This document shows, piece after piece, positions 28,391-37,584 of a stretch of DNA of 64,000 nucleotides (position 1 is the stretch's first letter; each line of letters starts with the position of its first letter). A model generated the notes under the pieces. That model searched no databases and was not told where the DNA came from. It was given only the letters and a program-made list of their open reading frames with translations. The position numbers and the translations under genes are program-made. Source of the stretch: Candidatus Polarisedimenticolaceae bacterium (GTDB lineage Bacteria; Acidobacteriota; Polarisedimenticolia; Polarisedimenticolales; DASRJG01); the NCBI GenBank assembly GCA_036376135.1, contig DASVAW010000179.1:19566-83565 (forward strand). The letters are read 5' to 3'.

Positions 28391-28420
28391 GGGGCCGGGC
28401 CTCCCGCGAGGTCCGGCCCC
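28391..28420 (+). terminator. GC-rich hairpin after 28030-28383
   Basis: GGGGCCGG(GC)..(GT)CCGGCCCC, an 8-10 bp stem starting 8 nt after the stop. No U tract. Confidence 0.4.
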
Positions 28421-28489
28421 CGCTGGTCGCCGCCCCCCGACGGGCCTACCATGGCTCCAGGCCCCGGTCCTCGGGAAGGAGGTGGCGTC

Positions 28490-29149
28490 ATGAATCGCCG
28501 ATCCCAGGCCGGCCTCGCCGGTCTCGTGTCCCTCACCCTTCTCTGCGTCGGCTGCGCCTCGAAGGACCTCCGGGCGAAGCTCGACGACCGCGAGCGACAA
28601 CTCCAGCGCAACGACCAGCTCCTCGCGAGCCTGCAGCTGCGGGTCTGCGAGCTCGAGGCGACCCTCGCGGAGACGCAGGTGGCCTACGACGACGCGGCGC
28701 GCGAGAACCGGGAGCTGGCGACCGCGTTCCTCGCGGCTCAGGCGAAGCTCTCCGCCGTGCAGAACGAGCGCGACGAGGCGATCGCGGCGATGCGAGCGGA
28801 GGCGGACGATCGCGACCGCGCGGCCGCCGCGCGTGCGGAGCTGGCCGGGGCCAAGCTCGGCCTTTACGGACGCGAGATCGCGGACCGCGACGCGAAGCTG
28901 TCGCTGAAGGACGCCGAGGCCGCGGAGCTCGAGCGATCGATCGCGATCCTCGAATCCAACGCCCTCGCCAACGGCGACACGATCGAGTCGTTGTCGGGGG
29001 AGAAGGCGGCGATCTCCGCGGACCTCGAGGCGGCGCTGGCGAGCCGGACGAAGATCGCGGTGCTCCTCGGTGTCCTGCTGGCGTGCTTCGTGGCGGTTTC
29101 GGTCGCGGAGTTCGTGGCCGTGAGGCGCGCGAGGCACGCGCACGCGTAG
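28490..29149 (+). CDS. Coiled-coil envelope protein with an N-terminal signal/lipoprotein-like peptide and a C-terminal TM anchor
   Basis: SD GGAAGGAGG before ATG 28490. LVSLTLLCVGCAS, a long heptad-like Ala/Glu/Arg/Leu region, then C-terminal IAVLLGVLLACFVAVSVAEFVAV. Confidence 0.65.
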   Translation: MNRRSQAGLAGLVSLTLLCVGCASKDLRAKLDDRERQLQRNDQLLASLQLRVCELEATLAETQVAYDDAARENRELATAFLAAQAKLSAVQNERDEAIAAMRAEADDRDRAAAARAELAGAKLGLYGREIADRDAKLSLKDAEAAELERSIAILESNALANGDTIESLSGEKAAISADLEAALASRTKIAVLLGVLLACFVAVSVAEFVAVRRARHAHA

Positions 29150-29374
29150 ACGCTGAGGTTACACTGGGCGTTACCGCAGGGTGTCACTGCGGAACCGCCG
29201 GCCACGACGCAGGTCCGCGACGGAACTTAGGCACTTGACGGGGCGTTCCCGCCGCCGTTTACTCACTCCGACATCCCACCCGCCCTGAGGGGAGAGCGGG
29301 CCCACTTCCATCGCCTGCGATCGAGGCTTCGGCCCGCGCATCGCGACGCCGTACGCCTCGGCGAGGAGGGTCCC

Positions 29375-29851
29375 ATGTCGAGAGTGATCCCGCGTTCGTT
29401 CCTGTTGTCCTTCGCGGTCCTCGCCGCGACCGTCGGCGTCGCGGCGGATCCCGAGCCGAAGGTCCCGTGCGGCGAAGGGGGCGCCGTCTGGGCGGCGATG
29501 ACCACGGGACCGGCGGAAACGAGGGAGGCCGCAACGGCCGAATTCGCGAAGGCGATCGGCGCCGCGCCGGGGCCGATCCAGACCGACGACGTCCCTGCGT
29601 GTCCCGAGCTCACGGGGTGCTACGGCGTGTCGAGCTGCGGGAACTCGACTCCGTGCCGCATCAACGGCGAGTCGTCGAGCGACACGGGCTCGTCGTCGTG
29701 CGTTCTCCCCGGCGGGCAGCAGGTGAACTGCTTCAACGGCAAGACCATCCACGTGTTGACGGGACCGTGCACCCCGTGTCCTTGCTGCACCCAGGGGACT
29801 TGCATGTGTACGGGGTCGTGCCCGAACTACCAGAGCTTCCGTTGCGAATGA
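29375..29851 (+). CDS. Secreted protein with an extremely Cys-dense C-terminus
   Basis: SD GAGGAGGG before the ATG. Signal peptide MSRVIPRSFLLSFAVLAATVGVAA. The last 50 aa contain 13 Cys (CVLPGGQQVNCFNGKTIHVLTGPCTPCPCCTQGTCMCTGSCPNYQSFRCE). Confidence 0.6.
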   Translation: MSRVIPRSFLLSFAVLAATVGVAADPEPKVPCGEGGAVWAAMTTGPAETREAATAEFAKAIGAAPGPIQTDDVPACPELTGCYGVSSCGNSTPCRINGESSSDTGSSSCVLPGGQQVNCFNGKTIHVLTGPCTPCPCCTQGTCMCTGSCPNYQSFRCE

Positions 29852-29862
29852 TCTGACGGCGC

Positions 29863-29895
29863 GCGTCCCGCGGGGCGAGGCGCCCCGCGGGACGC
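29863..29895. terminator. Perfect 15-bp GC hairpin between convergent genes (candidate bidirectional terminator)
   Basis: GCGTCCCGCGGGGCG-AGG-CGCCCCGCGGGACGC, located between the stops at 29851 (+) and 29914 (-). No U tract. Confidence 0.5.
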
Positions 29896-29913
29896 CTCCG
29901 GGAGCTCGGAGGT

Positions 29914-30315
29914 CTACGCCCCGCTGCTCACCACCATCACGCACGCGTGGTGCACCGCCTTGAACGGCGCCTTCGCGACGTACGCGAGAACGGCGTCGTC
30001 GAAGCTCCCGTCCTGCAGCCACACCGCCGGGAAGCCGAGCTCCGCCGCCTCCCGGAGGACCGCGAGCGTGACCGGCGGCGGGGTGACCATCACCACGATG
30101 TCGACGGGGCGCTCGACCTGCGCGAGGGAGCGGGCGACCGGAAGGTCGGCGATCGTCGTCTCCCGGGGATTCACGGGGAGGACCGTGTACCCCTTCCGCA
30201 CCAGGTTGCGGACGATGATGTTCCCGTATTTTTCCGGGTTGTTGCTGGCCCCCACCACCGCGATCCGCGCGCGCGGGCTCTTTCGGCGCAGGGTTTCGAG
30301 GATTGCCGGGTCCAT
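29914..30315 (-). CDS. CoA-binding domain protein (YccU/YneT family)
   Basis: MDPAILETLRRKSPRARIAVVGASNNPEKYGNIIVRNL..GYTVLPVNP is the CoA_binding_2 signature. Only the 3' 402 nt of the 1490-aa track ORF is credible. Confidence 0.85.
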   Translation of the reverse strand: MDPAILETLRRKSPRARIAVVGASNNPEKYGNIIVRNLVRKGYTVLPVNPRETTIADLPVARSLAQVERPVDIVVMVTPPPVTLAVLREAAELGFPAVWLQDGSFDDAVLAYVAKAPFKAVHHACVMVVSSGA

Positions 30316-30372
30316 CGCGACTCCTCCCGAGGACGGGCAGGGTACACTTCCCGTTCTCGCACGGGGGGATCC

Positions 30373-32937
30373 ATGCGGCGCACGCTCGCCTCGATCGCGT
30401 CCATCGTGTTCGTTTCGGGGGCCGTCCTCGCGGGCGGCGTCGTCCGACAACTCACCTCCGAGACCACCACCGTGGCCGCTCCGGCGTCGCTCGACGACGC
30501 GGGGACCGCGGTCTACACGGGGGCGTCGGCGGATCTTGCCGGGACCAACCCCGCGCACGCCTTTCAGCTGTGGAGGTTCGATCCGGCGACCGGGGCGTCG
30601 GCGCAGCTGTCGAGCGACCCGCGGGGATTCGGTGCGACCGTTTCGGTCAGCGACGACGGCTCGTGGCTGGCGTTTCCCTCTCCCGCCGATCCGCTGGGGA
30701 CCAACCACGATCGCGGGATCGAGCTGTTCGTGATGCGCTCGGACGGGACGCAGCTGGCGCAGCTGACGAACGACCCGGCCCCGAACGGAGGGAGCGTGGG
30801 GTCGGTCGCGATCTCGGGGGACGGGACGCGGATCGCCTTCACGTCGAACACGGATCCGCTGGGGACCAACGCCGCGAACCGGTCCGAGCTCTTCGTGGTC
30901 GACCGCTCGGGCGCGAACCTCCGCCAGCTCACGACGACGACGACCGGGTCCATCGGGGGGATCTCGATCAGCGACGACGGGACGCGGATCGCCTTCTCCC
31001 ACTCCGGGGACCTCGCGGGCGCCAACGCCGACCTCGGCGGCGAGATCTTCGCGATCCTCGCGGACGGGACGGGGCTGCGGCAGCTCACGACGACGCCGGC
31101 CCCGTACGCCGCCGGCTCCCCCTCGCTCGCGGGCGGGGGATCGCGCATCGCGTTCCAGTCCGACGCCGACCCGTTCCTGACCAACGCGAACCACCAGGAC
31201 GAGATCTTCGCGGTGGACTGGGCGGGGACGGGGCTCCGGCAGGTGACGCGCACCACGGTGTTCCTGGGCTTTCTCGGGGAGCCGGCCTCGCAATCGCCGT
31301 CGATCACCGACGACGGGATCACGATCGTCTACCACTCGAACCAGAGCGCGTTGTTCCCGCCCCTCAACCTCGACGGCAACTACGAGATCTTCCGGATCCG
31401 TTTCGACGGGACCTCGCGTGCGACGCTGACGTCCTCCGCGTTCGAGGCGGGGAGCCTCCTTCCGGTCGTGTCGGGGAGCGGCAACCGCGTCGCGTTTTAT
31501 GCGGTCGGAACGAACGTGGCGCTGCGCGTCGTCGACGGCACGGGTGGATCGGGGCGCGACCTCGTGTCCTTCGACCTCAAGTTCGTCGGCGACCCGGCGA
31601 TCACCCCCGACGGGACACGGTCGGTCTTCACGCGCTCGACCGGCCTGTTCGGCGGATCCCAGGTCTGGCGCGTCGAGGCGGACGGCACCGGCCTCGCGCA
31701 GGTGACGGCGCTCGCGTCCGGAAGCGCGGCGTCGCCCTCGATCGCCGCCGACCGCAACACGATCGTCTACGCCGCCGACTCGAACCCCACCGGCGGGAAC
31801 GCCGACGGCTCGACCGAGATCTTCAAGGTCCTCGCGGACGGGTCGGGGACGGTGCAGGTCTCGAACGGGGCCTCCGGGACGACGTCGTCGAATCCGGTCG
31901 TCGCGGCGAACGTGCCGGTCGTCGTCTTCGACTCCGACGCCGATCTCACCGGGGGGAACGCCGACGCGTCCGTCGAGGTGTTCAAGGCGAATCTCGACGG
32001 GAGCGGGGTGGTGCAGCTCACGAACGGGATCGCGGGGACGACGAGCGCGAGGCCGCGCGTCGACGCCTCGGGAACGTGGGTCGTCTTCGAATCGGACGTC
32101 ACCGGCACGTACGAGGTGTGGCGCGTCCGGACCGACGGCAGCGGGCTGCAGCAGCTGACCACCGATGCGGTGACGCCGTCGCGGTCGCCCGACGTGGACG
32201 CTTCGGGCTCGCGGGTCGTCTGGCAGAAGGGTGGACAGATCGTCGCGTGGGACGACGTCACGTCGGTCGCCCGGGCGCTCACCGCCTTCGCCACGGGCAC
32301 GTCCGGGGGCGCGCGCCTCAGCGGGGACGGATCGTGGGTAGTCTTCTCCTCCGACGCGCCGGTTTTCGAGTCCGACCCCGACGCGCCGAGCGATCTCTAT
32401 CGCGTTCCGTTCCTCGGCGGCGGGATCGAGCGGATCGGGGGGCTTCGATTCGGTGCCCTCGGCGGGATCGGGGGGCTTCTCGGCGGGGGCGGCGGGGCCG
32501 CCGCAGTCGACGGCGCCGGGATCGTGTCGCTGTTCTCCGGAATCGGCGATTTCACCCTGGGGAACCCCGACGGGCTTCCCGAGCTCTGGGCGATCGACCG
32601 GGCCGCCGTTCCGGTCCTCGAGGTCGGCCGGGAGGCCCCGACCCTTCTGCGCTGGTCCGTCGAGTCCGGCCCGGTCCGTTACGACGCGGTCCGCGGCGAC
32701 GTCGCGAACCTCCGCTTCGTCGGCTCGACGGTCGACCTCGGGCCGGTGAGCTGCCTCGAGAACGACTCCCCGGACACGACGACCGACGGGTTCGGCGATC
32801 CCGATACGCCGCCCCCCGGACGGGTCTTCTTCTTCGTGACGCGCGGGAGCGTCGGCGTCGACGCGGGCCCGGGGTCCTACGGGACGTCGAAGGACGGCAG
32901 GGAGCGCCTCGCCGGGAGCGGAGGGTGCAACCCCTGA
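30373..32937 (+). CDS. Secreted PD40/TolB-like beta-propeller repeat protein with the recurrent C-terminal module
   Basis: Signal/anchor MRRTLASIASIVFVSGAVLA. About 12 repeats of I(S/T)xDG(T/S)RIAF.S..D..G.N.....E(I/L)F...DG(T/S)GL.QLT. Confidence 0.8.
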   Translation: MRRTLASIASIVFVSGAVLAGGVVRQLTSETTTVAAPASLDDAGTAVYTGASADLAGTNPAHAFQLWRFDPATGASAQLSSDPRGFGATVSVSDDGSWLAFPSPADPLGTNHDRGIELFVMRSDGTQLAQLTNDPAPNGGSVGSVAISGDGTRIAFTSNTDPLGTNAANRSELFVVDRSGANLRQLTTTTTGSIGGISISDDGTRIAFSHSGDLAGANADLGGEIFAILADGTGLRQLTTTPAPYAAGSPSLAGGGSRIAFQSDADPFLTNANHQDEIFAVDWAGTGLRQVTRTTVFLGFLGEPASQSPSITDDGITIVYHSNQSALFPPLNLDGNYEIFRIRFDGTSRATLTSSAFEAGSLLPVVSGSGNRVAFYAVGTNVALRVVDGTGGSGRDLVSFDLKFVGDPAITPDGTRSVFTRSTGLFGGSQVWRVEADGTGLAQVTALASGSAASPSIAADRNTIVYAADSNPTGGNADGSTEIFKVLADGSGTVQVSNGASGTTSSNPVVAANVPVVVFDSDADLTGGNADASVEVFKANLDGSGVVQLTNGIAGTTSARPRVDASGTWVVFESDVTGTYEVWRVRTDGSGLQQLTTDAVTPSRSPDVDASGSRVVWQKGGQIVAWDDVTSVARALTAFATGTSGGARLSGDGSWVVFSSDAPVFESDPDAPSDLYRVPFLGGGIERIGGLRFGALGGIGGLLGGGGGAAAVDGAGIVSLFSGIGDFTLGNPDGLPELWAIDRAAVPVLEVGREAPTLLRWSVESGPVRYDAVRGDVANLRFVGSTVDLGPVSCLENDSPDTTTDGFGDPDTPPPGRVFFFVTRGSVGVDAGPGSYGTSKDGRERLAGSGGCNP

Positions 32938-32997
32938 CGCTCCGTCGCGAGCTCCTCTCGCGACGGATGCTAAGGTGCGGCCGGAAGAGAGGTTTCC

Positions 32998-34317
32998 ATG
33001 CCGTTCTCCCGGTTCCCGCTTCATCCGGACCTGATCAGGGGCGTTCGCGAGCTGGGCTTCCAGCGTCCGACGCCGATCCAGGAGCAGTCGATCACCCCCG
33101 CGTGCGAGGGGAAGGACCTCCTGGCGTGCGCGTCGACCGGCAGCGGCAAGACCGCCGCGTTCGTGTTGCCGATCCTCAACCGCCTGATCCCCAAGAAGCG
33201 CGGGACGACGCGGGCGCTGATCCTGACGCCGACGCGCGAGCTCGCCGCGCAGATCCAGTCGCATCTCGAATCGCTCGCCGTCCACACGCCGGTCACCGGC
33301 GCGGCGGTGTTCGGCGGGGTCGGGATGGGACCGCAGGAGCACGCGTTGCGCTCGGGGGTGGACGTGATCGTCGCCACCCCGGGACGCCTGCTCGACCACC
33401 TCAGCCGGTCGTACGCGCGGTTCAACGCCCTCGAGGTGCTCGTCCTCGACGAGGCCGACCGGATGCTCGACATGGGGTTCCTCCCCGACATCCGCAGGAT
33501 CCTCAGGCAGCTCCCGACGAAACGGCAGACGCTTTTCTTCAGCGCCACGATGCCCCGCGAGATCGCCCAGCTCGCGCAGGAGATGCTGCATCACCCGGTG
33601 ACGATCAACCTCGAGCGCAAGTCGCAGCCGGCGGTCGGGATCACGCAGGCGGTCTACCCCGTCGGGCGCGAGCTGAAGGCGGCGCTCCTCGCCGAGCTGA
33701 TCGCCCGGGACCTCGTCCACGACGCGATCGTCTTCACACGGACCAAGCACCGGGCGAACCGCGTGGCGGATTTCCTCGAGAAGCGCGGGATCTCCACGGC
33801 GCGCATCCACGGCAACCGCAGCCAGGGGCAGCGCACCGCGGCCCTCGAGGGGTTCAAGGCGGGGACCTACAAGATCCTGGTCGCGACCGACATCGTCGCG
33901 CGGGGGATCGACGTGGAGGAGCTCGGCCACGTGATCAACTTCGACGTGCCGGTCGAGCCCGCGGCGTACATCCACCGCGTCGGGCGCACCGCGCGCGCGG
34001 AGGCGACCGGCGACGCGTTCACCTTCGTCTCCCCGGAAGAGGAGCCCGATCTCCGCGCGATCGAGAAGGCGATCGGGCGCGCGCTTCCGCGCGTGACCCT
34101 GCCGGGCTTCGACTACAGCAGCCGTCCCGCAGAGAAGCTCGAGATCCCGATCGCGCAGCGGCTCGCCGCCCACCGGGCGCAGCGGCGCCAGGGGCAGGGC
34201 GGAAAGCCCCCGTCCAAGCCCAAGCCGAAGGGGCCGCGCCGCGGGGGCGGCGGCGACTCCCGCGTCCAGGCGATTCTCGACAAACACGCGCCGATGGACC
34301 GCGGCCGCAGACGCTGA
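32998..34317 (+). CDS. rhlE: DEAD-box ATP-dependent RNA helicase RhlE-like
   Basis: FQRPTPIQ, ASTGSGKT, LDEADRML, SAT, HRVGRTARAE; basic Arg/Gly/Lys-rich tail. Confidence 0.9.
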   Translation: MPFSRFPLHPDLIRGVRELGFQRPTPIQEQSITPACEGKDLLACASTGSGKTAAFVLPILNRLIPKKRGTTRALILTPTRELAAQIQSHLESLAVHTPVTGAAVFGGVGMGPQEHALRSGVDVIVATPGRLLDHLSRSYARFNALEVLVLDEADRMLDMGFLPDIRRILRQLPTKRQTLFFSATMPREIAQLAQEMLHHPVTINLERKSQPAVGITQAVYPVGRELKAALLAELIARDLVHDAIVFTRTKHRANRVADFLEKRGISTARIHGNRSQGQRTAALEGFKAGTYKILVATDIVARGIDVEELGHVINFDVPVEPAAYIHRVGRTARAEATGDAFTFVSPEEEPDLRAIEKAIGRALPRVTLPGFDYSSRPAEKLEIPIAQRLAAHRAQRRQGQGGKPPSKPKPKGPRRGGGGDSRVQAILDKHAPMDRGRRR

Positions 34318-34416
34318 GCGACTCCTGGCGGGGACACCTCCGACGGGAATGTCGCGGCATCGCGCGGCGATCGCCCTGGTACGCACGTTGCTCTTCCCTC
34401 CGCTCCGGAGGGATCG

Positions 34417-34986
34417 ATGAACCTGAAGCGCCTCGCTCCATTCCCGCTCGTCGCGGTCGCGCTCGTGGCGACCCCTTCACTCGCCGCCGAGAACGCCGGA
34501 TACGGCGAGCTCGGCTTTGACGTCGGCTTCGCCGACCTGGACTCACGCGTCGCCGACGAGAGCGGCGGGCGGCTCGCCTTCCGCGGCGGCTACCGGTTCA
34601 CCCCGGTCTTCGGCTTCGAGGGACAGCTGTTCGCCCTCGGCGCCGACGGGATCGCCGGGACCTACGTCACCGGCGCCGACGACGTCACGATCGGGGTCGG
34701 CATGATGAACTTCAGCTTCAGCCTGCCGACCAAGTCGAACGTGGTCCCGTACGTGCTCGTGGGCGCGGGTCGCGCCAACACCGAGTTCGATCCCGGGCTC
34801 TTCGAGAACGGGGTCGACGACAGCGGCCTCGCGTGGCAGGCGGCCCTCGGGGCGAGGTTGTACTTCAGCCCCGCGCGACGGATGGCCCTGCGGGTCGAGG
34901 CTTCCCGACTCGAGGAGGAAACGTTCGACGCGTGGAAGGCCCACTACAGCCTGACCGCCGGGCTCACCTGGCGCCTGGGAGACTGA
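34417..34986 (+). CDS. Outer-membrane beta-barrel protein (OMP_b-brl/OmpW-like small porin family)
   Basis: Signal peptide MNLKRLAPFPLVAVALVATPSLAA. Alternating amphipathic strands. The C-terminal LTAGLTWRLGD is atypical: it lacks a terminal aromatic residue. Confidence 0.7.
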   Translation: MNLKRLAPFPLVAVALVATPSLAAENAGYGELGFDVGFADLDSRVADESGGRLAFRGGYRFTPVFGFEGQLFALGADGIAGTYVTGADDVTIGVGMMNFSFSLPTKSNVVPYVLVGAGRANTEFDPGLFENGVDDSGLAWQAALGARLYFSPARRMALRVEASRLEEETFDAWKAHYSLTAGLTWRLGD

Positions 34987-34994
34987 CATCGGTC

Positions 34995-35047
34995 AACACC
35001 CCCCGTCGCGCTCCGGTGGTAGAAGCCGGACGAAGACGGGGGGTGTT
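34995..35047 (+). terminator. 13-bp perfect hairpin between the OMP gene and the M28 peptidase gene; the 3' arm covers the peptidase SD region
   Basis: AACACCCCCCGTC (34995-35007) pairs with GACGGGGGGTGTT (35035-35047). ATG of the next gene is at 35050. Confidence 0.5.
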
Positions 35048-35049
35048 CC

Positions 35050-37014
35050 ATGCGTCGATCCCTGGCCGCCGCGGCGGTGGTCCTGCTCGCGGTTCCCGCG
35101 ATCGCGTCCGACCTGCTGATCCGGCTCGAGCGCCGGGCCGGCGACGACCTCGCACGGCTGCGCGCCGCGGGGTTGCCGGTGGTGCACGAGACCCTCGGGG
35201 CGCTGTTCCTCGAAGGGGACGAGGCCACGCTTGGGGCCGCCCGCGCGGCGGGGTTCCAGGCGCGGGTCCTCGACGATCGCGCGGGGGCCTCGGACTACCT
35301 CCAGGTGGGGATCCGTCCCGATTCCGACCTCGAGTCGCTCAGGCGCTTCGGCGCGGAGATCTGGGCGGAGGAGAACTGGCGCCTGCTCCGCGTGCCGCGC
35401 GGCGCGCCCCTCGAGCGCCTCCCCGAGGCGCGCGTGTTCGTCGGGCGCCTTCCGCACCGGCCGTTCGAACTTCCGGCGAACGCCCCCGTCCGGTCCCGAG
35501 CCGGCAACGACGCTCCGAACCCGCTCATCCAGAAGATGGTGGCCGCCGTCGCATCCGCCGACGTCGACGCGTACTGGACCGACCTCGTCACCAATCCGCC
35601 GACGAACTCGCGGTACTCGAGCTCGGCCGGGGCGACCAACGCGGCGAACTACGTCGCCTCGAAGTTCGCGGCGATGGGAATGCCGTCGCAGTTCCAGACG
35701 TACAGCGCCTCCAACGCCCCGAACGTCGTCGGCACGCACGGCGGCGGCGTCACCCCCGGTCGCGTCTACCTCGTGATCGGCCACCTGGACGACCTTCCGT
35801 ATTGGGGGGTCGCGCCGGGGGCCGACGACAACGCGTCGGGTTCGGTCACGGTGATCGAGTCGGCAAAGGTGATGAGCTGCTGGGGGTTCAAGAGCACGGT
35901 GAAGTTCGTCACCGTGACCGGCGAGGAGCTGGGATTGCTCGGGAGCGAGGCCTACGCCGCCGACGCGGCGGCGCGGGGCGAGGACATCCGCGGCGTCCTC
36001 AACTTCGACATGAACGGCTGGGCGGGGGACGGCGTCCCCGCCGGCGAGAACCTCGACGTCAACTACAACGCGACGTCGCAGTGGCTCGGCGAGCTCTTCG
36101 CGCAATGCGCGCAGGAGTACGCCACGGGGGTCGTGGTGGACGCCTTCTCCTGCCCGAGTCTCAACGCGTCGGACCACTACCCGTTCTGGCAGCGCGGGTG
36201 GCCGGCGATCTGCGGGATCACCGACAACGAGGGGTACTGCGGTCACACCGGGTACTACCCCTACTACCACACGCGCAGCGACACGATCCCGAACTGCGGG
36301 AACCGCAGCTTCTTCTACGGGACGATCCGGGCGACGGTCGCGACCGCCGCGACGCTCGCGGAGCCGTTCAAGGTGACCTTCCGGGACACCTCCGTCGACG
36401 TGGGCGCTCCGGCATGGCTCGTCGTCGCCGACCGCGGGCCGAACACGAACCCGGGCTCCGCACAGACATTGACCGTCGAGGTGTGGAGCGCGGCGGAGCC
36501 GGGCCCGGAGACCGTGACGCTCACCGAGGACGGCGTCAACTCGATGTTCTTCAGGGGCTCGATCGCCACCACCGCCGAGCCCGCCGTCCACGGCGACGGG
36601 AAGGTGAGCCTGCGCGAAGGGGACGTGCTGCAGGCCCGCTACATCGACGCGTCCGACTGCGACGGCGCCTCGAACGTGGCCTACACCGTCTCGTCGTCGG
36701 TCGTCTGGGGGGCGAAACCCGCGGAGGTCGCGCCGGTCGCGCTCCTCGCCGGCCCGCCGACGCGCCTCACCTGGCCGCCGGTCCCGGGGGCCGTCCGGTA
36801 CGACGTGGCGAGCGGCGCGTTGCCGACGACCGGCCTTCACGACGCCTCGTGCGGCGCGAACGATCTCCTCGCCGAGGCCTGGGACGACGCGCGTCCCGAT
36901 CCCGGCGCGGGCGCCGGGTACTGGTACCTCGTGCGGGGGGAGAACGCGTTCGGGTCGGGAACGTGGGGGAGCGGGAGCGACGCGGCGCCGAGGACGATCG
37001 CGGCGTGCCCGTGA
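35050..37014 (+). CDS. Secreted M28-family aminopeptidase with the recurrent C-terminal module
   Basis: Signal peptide MRRSLAAAAVVLLAVPAIAS. IGHLDD, APGADDNASGS, VTGEELGLLGSEAY, LNFDMNG, SDHYPF (M28 zinc ligand blocks). Confidence 0.85.
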   Translation: MRRSLAAAAVVLLAVPAIASDLLIRLERRAGDDLARLRAAGLPVVHETLGALFLEGDEATLGAARAAGFQARVLDDRAGASDYLQVGIRPDSDLESLRRFGAEIWAEENWRLLRVPRGAPLERLPEARVFVGRLPHRPFELPANAPVRSRAGNDAPNPLIQKMVAAVASADVDAYWTDLVTNPPTNSRYSSSAGATNAANYVASKFAAMGMPSQFQTYSASNAPNVVGTHGGGVTPGRVYLVIGHLDDLPYWGVAPGADDNASGSVTVIESAKVMSCWGFKSTVKFVTVTGEELGLLGSEAYAADAAARGEDIRGVLNFDMNGWAGDGVPAGENLDVNYNATSQWLGELFAQCAQEYATGVVVDAFSCPSLNASDHYPFWQRGWPAICGITDNEGYCGHTGYYPYYHTRSDTIPNCGNRSFFYGTIRATVATAATLAEPFKVTFRDTSVDVGAPAWLVVADRGPNTNPGSAQTLTVEVWSAAEPGPETVTLTEDGVNSMFFRGSIATTAEPAVHGDGKVSLREGDVLQARYIDASDCDGASNVAYTVSSSVVWGAKPAEVAPVALLAGPPTRLTWPPVPGAVRYDVASGALPTTGLHDASCGANDLLAEAWDDARPDPGAGAGYWYLVRGENAFGSGTWGSGSDAAPRTIAACP

Positions 37015-37017
37015 CGC

Positions 37018-37584
37018 TCAGTCCGATCCCCCCGACCCCTTGAACCGGTCCGCCTCGTCGGCGAACAACACGTTGAAGCTCGTGAGGGTTCCGTAACACC
37101 CGGTCACGTACCCCTGCAGCTTGACCTTGAGCTCGTCGGGAACGTCCGCGGCGTTGATCTGCTGCTCGAGCACGCGCAGGCGGTTGCGGATCATGACGAT
37201 CTTCTGGAAGAAGCTCTCGATCGGCCAGGCCTTCTCCTGGAGTCCCTCGCGGCCGGGACGGAGGACGAGCTGGCCTCCGCGCCACTTGTCGGCCGGGGCG
37301 ACGGGGGTGAGCCCCGACTCTTCGCGGATCACGCGGCGGAGCAGGCGTTCGAGGTTCTCGGCGTCCACGTCGGGAGCTCCTTCGGCCGCGACGATCTCGC
37401 GGTCGCTGACGATCGGAAGGGGATCGCGGGAGGATTCGATCCCGCCGCGGTAGTTGTGGAGGCTGGCGCAGTAGTCGCAGCGGACCTGCACCCGGTCCCC
37501 CGCGACGGCGACGATCGTGTGCCGCCGGATCAGCTTGCAGGGAACGCAGCGGTCGTCGATCGAATACCCGACGCGGTAGCTCAT
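37018..37584 (-). CDS. Hypothetical protein with an N-terminal CxxC..CxxC zinc-ribbon
   Basis: ATG overlaps the upstream gene stop (ATGA at 37581-37584). MSYRVGYSIDDRCVPCK..VRCDYCASLH. No family recognised. Confidence 0.6.
   Translation of the reverse strand: MSYRVGYSIDDRCVPCKLIRRHTIVAVAGDRVQVRCDYCASLHNYRGGIESSRDPLPIVSDREIVAAEGAPDVDAENLERLLRRVIREESGLTPVAPADKWRGGQLVLRPGREGLQEKAWPIESFFQKIVMIRNRLRVLEQQINAADVPDELKVKLQGYVTGCYGTLTSFNVLFADEADRFKGSGGSD

Noticed and set aside
29226-29262. Sigma-70-like promoter TTGACG-N18-TTTACT upstream of the Cys-rich protein gene
   Set aside because: The match is plausible but unsupported. Promoter consensus for this lineage is unknown and the 18-nt spacing is suboptimal, so it is not reported as a feature.
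30316-34386. Upstream part of the 1490-aa minus-strand ORF, and the 1405-aa plus-strand ORF 30303-34520
   Set aside because: Shadow frames over the PD40 repeat gene and rhlE. Only 29914-30315 (CoA-binding) is supported on the minus strand.
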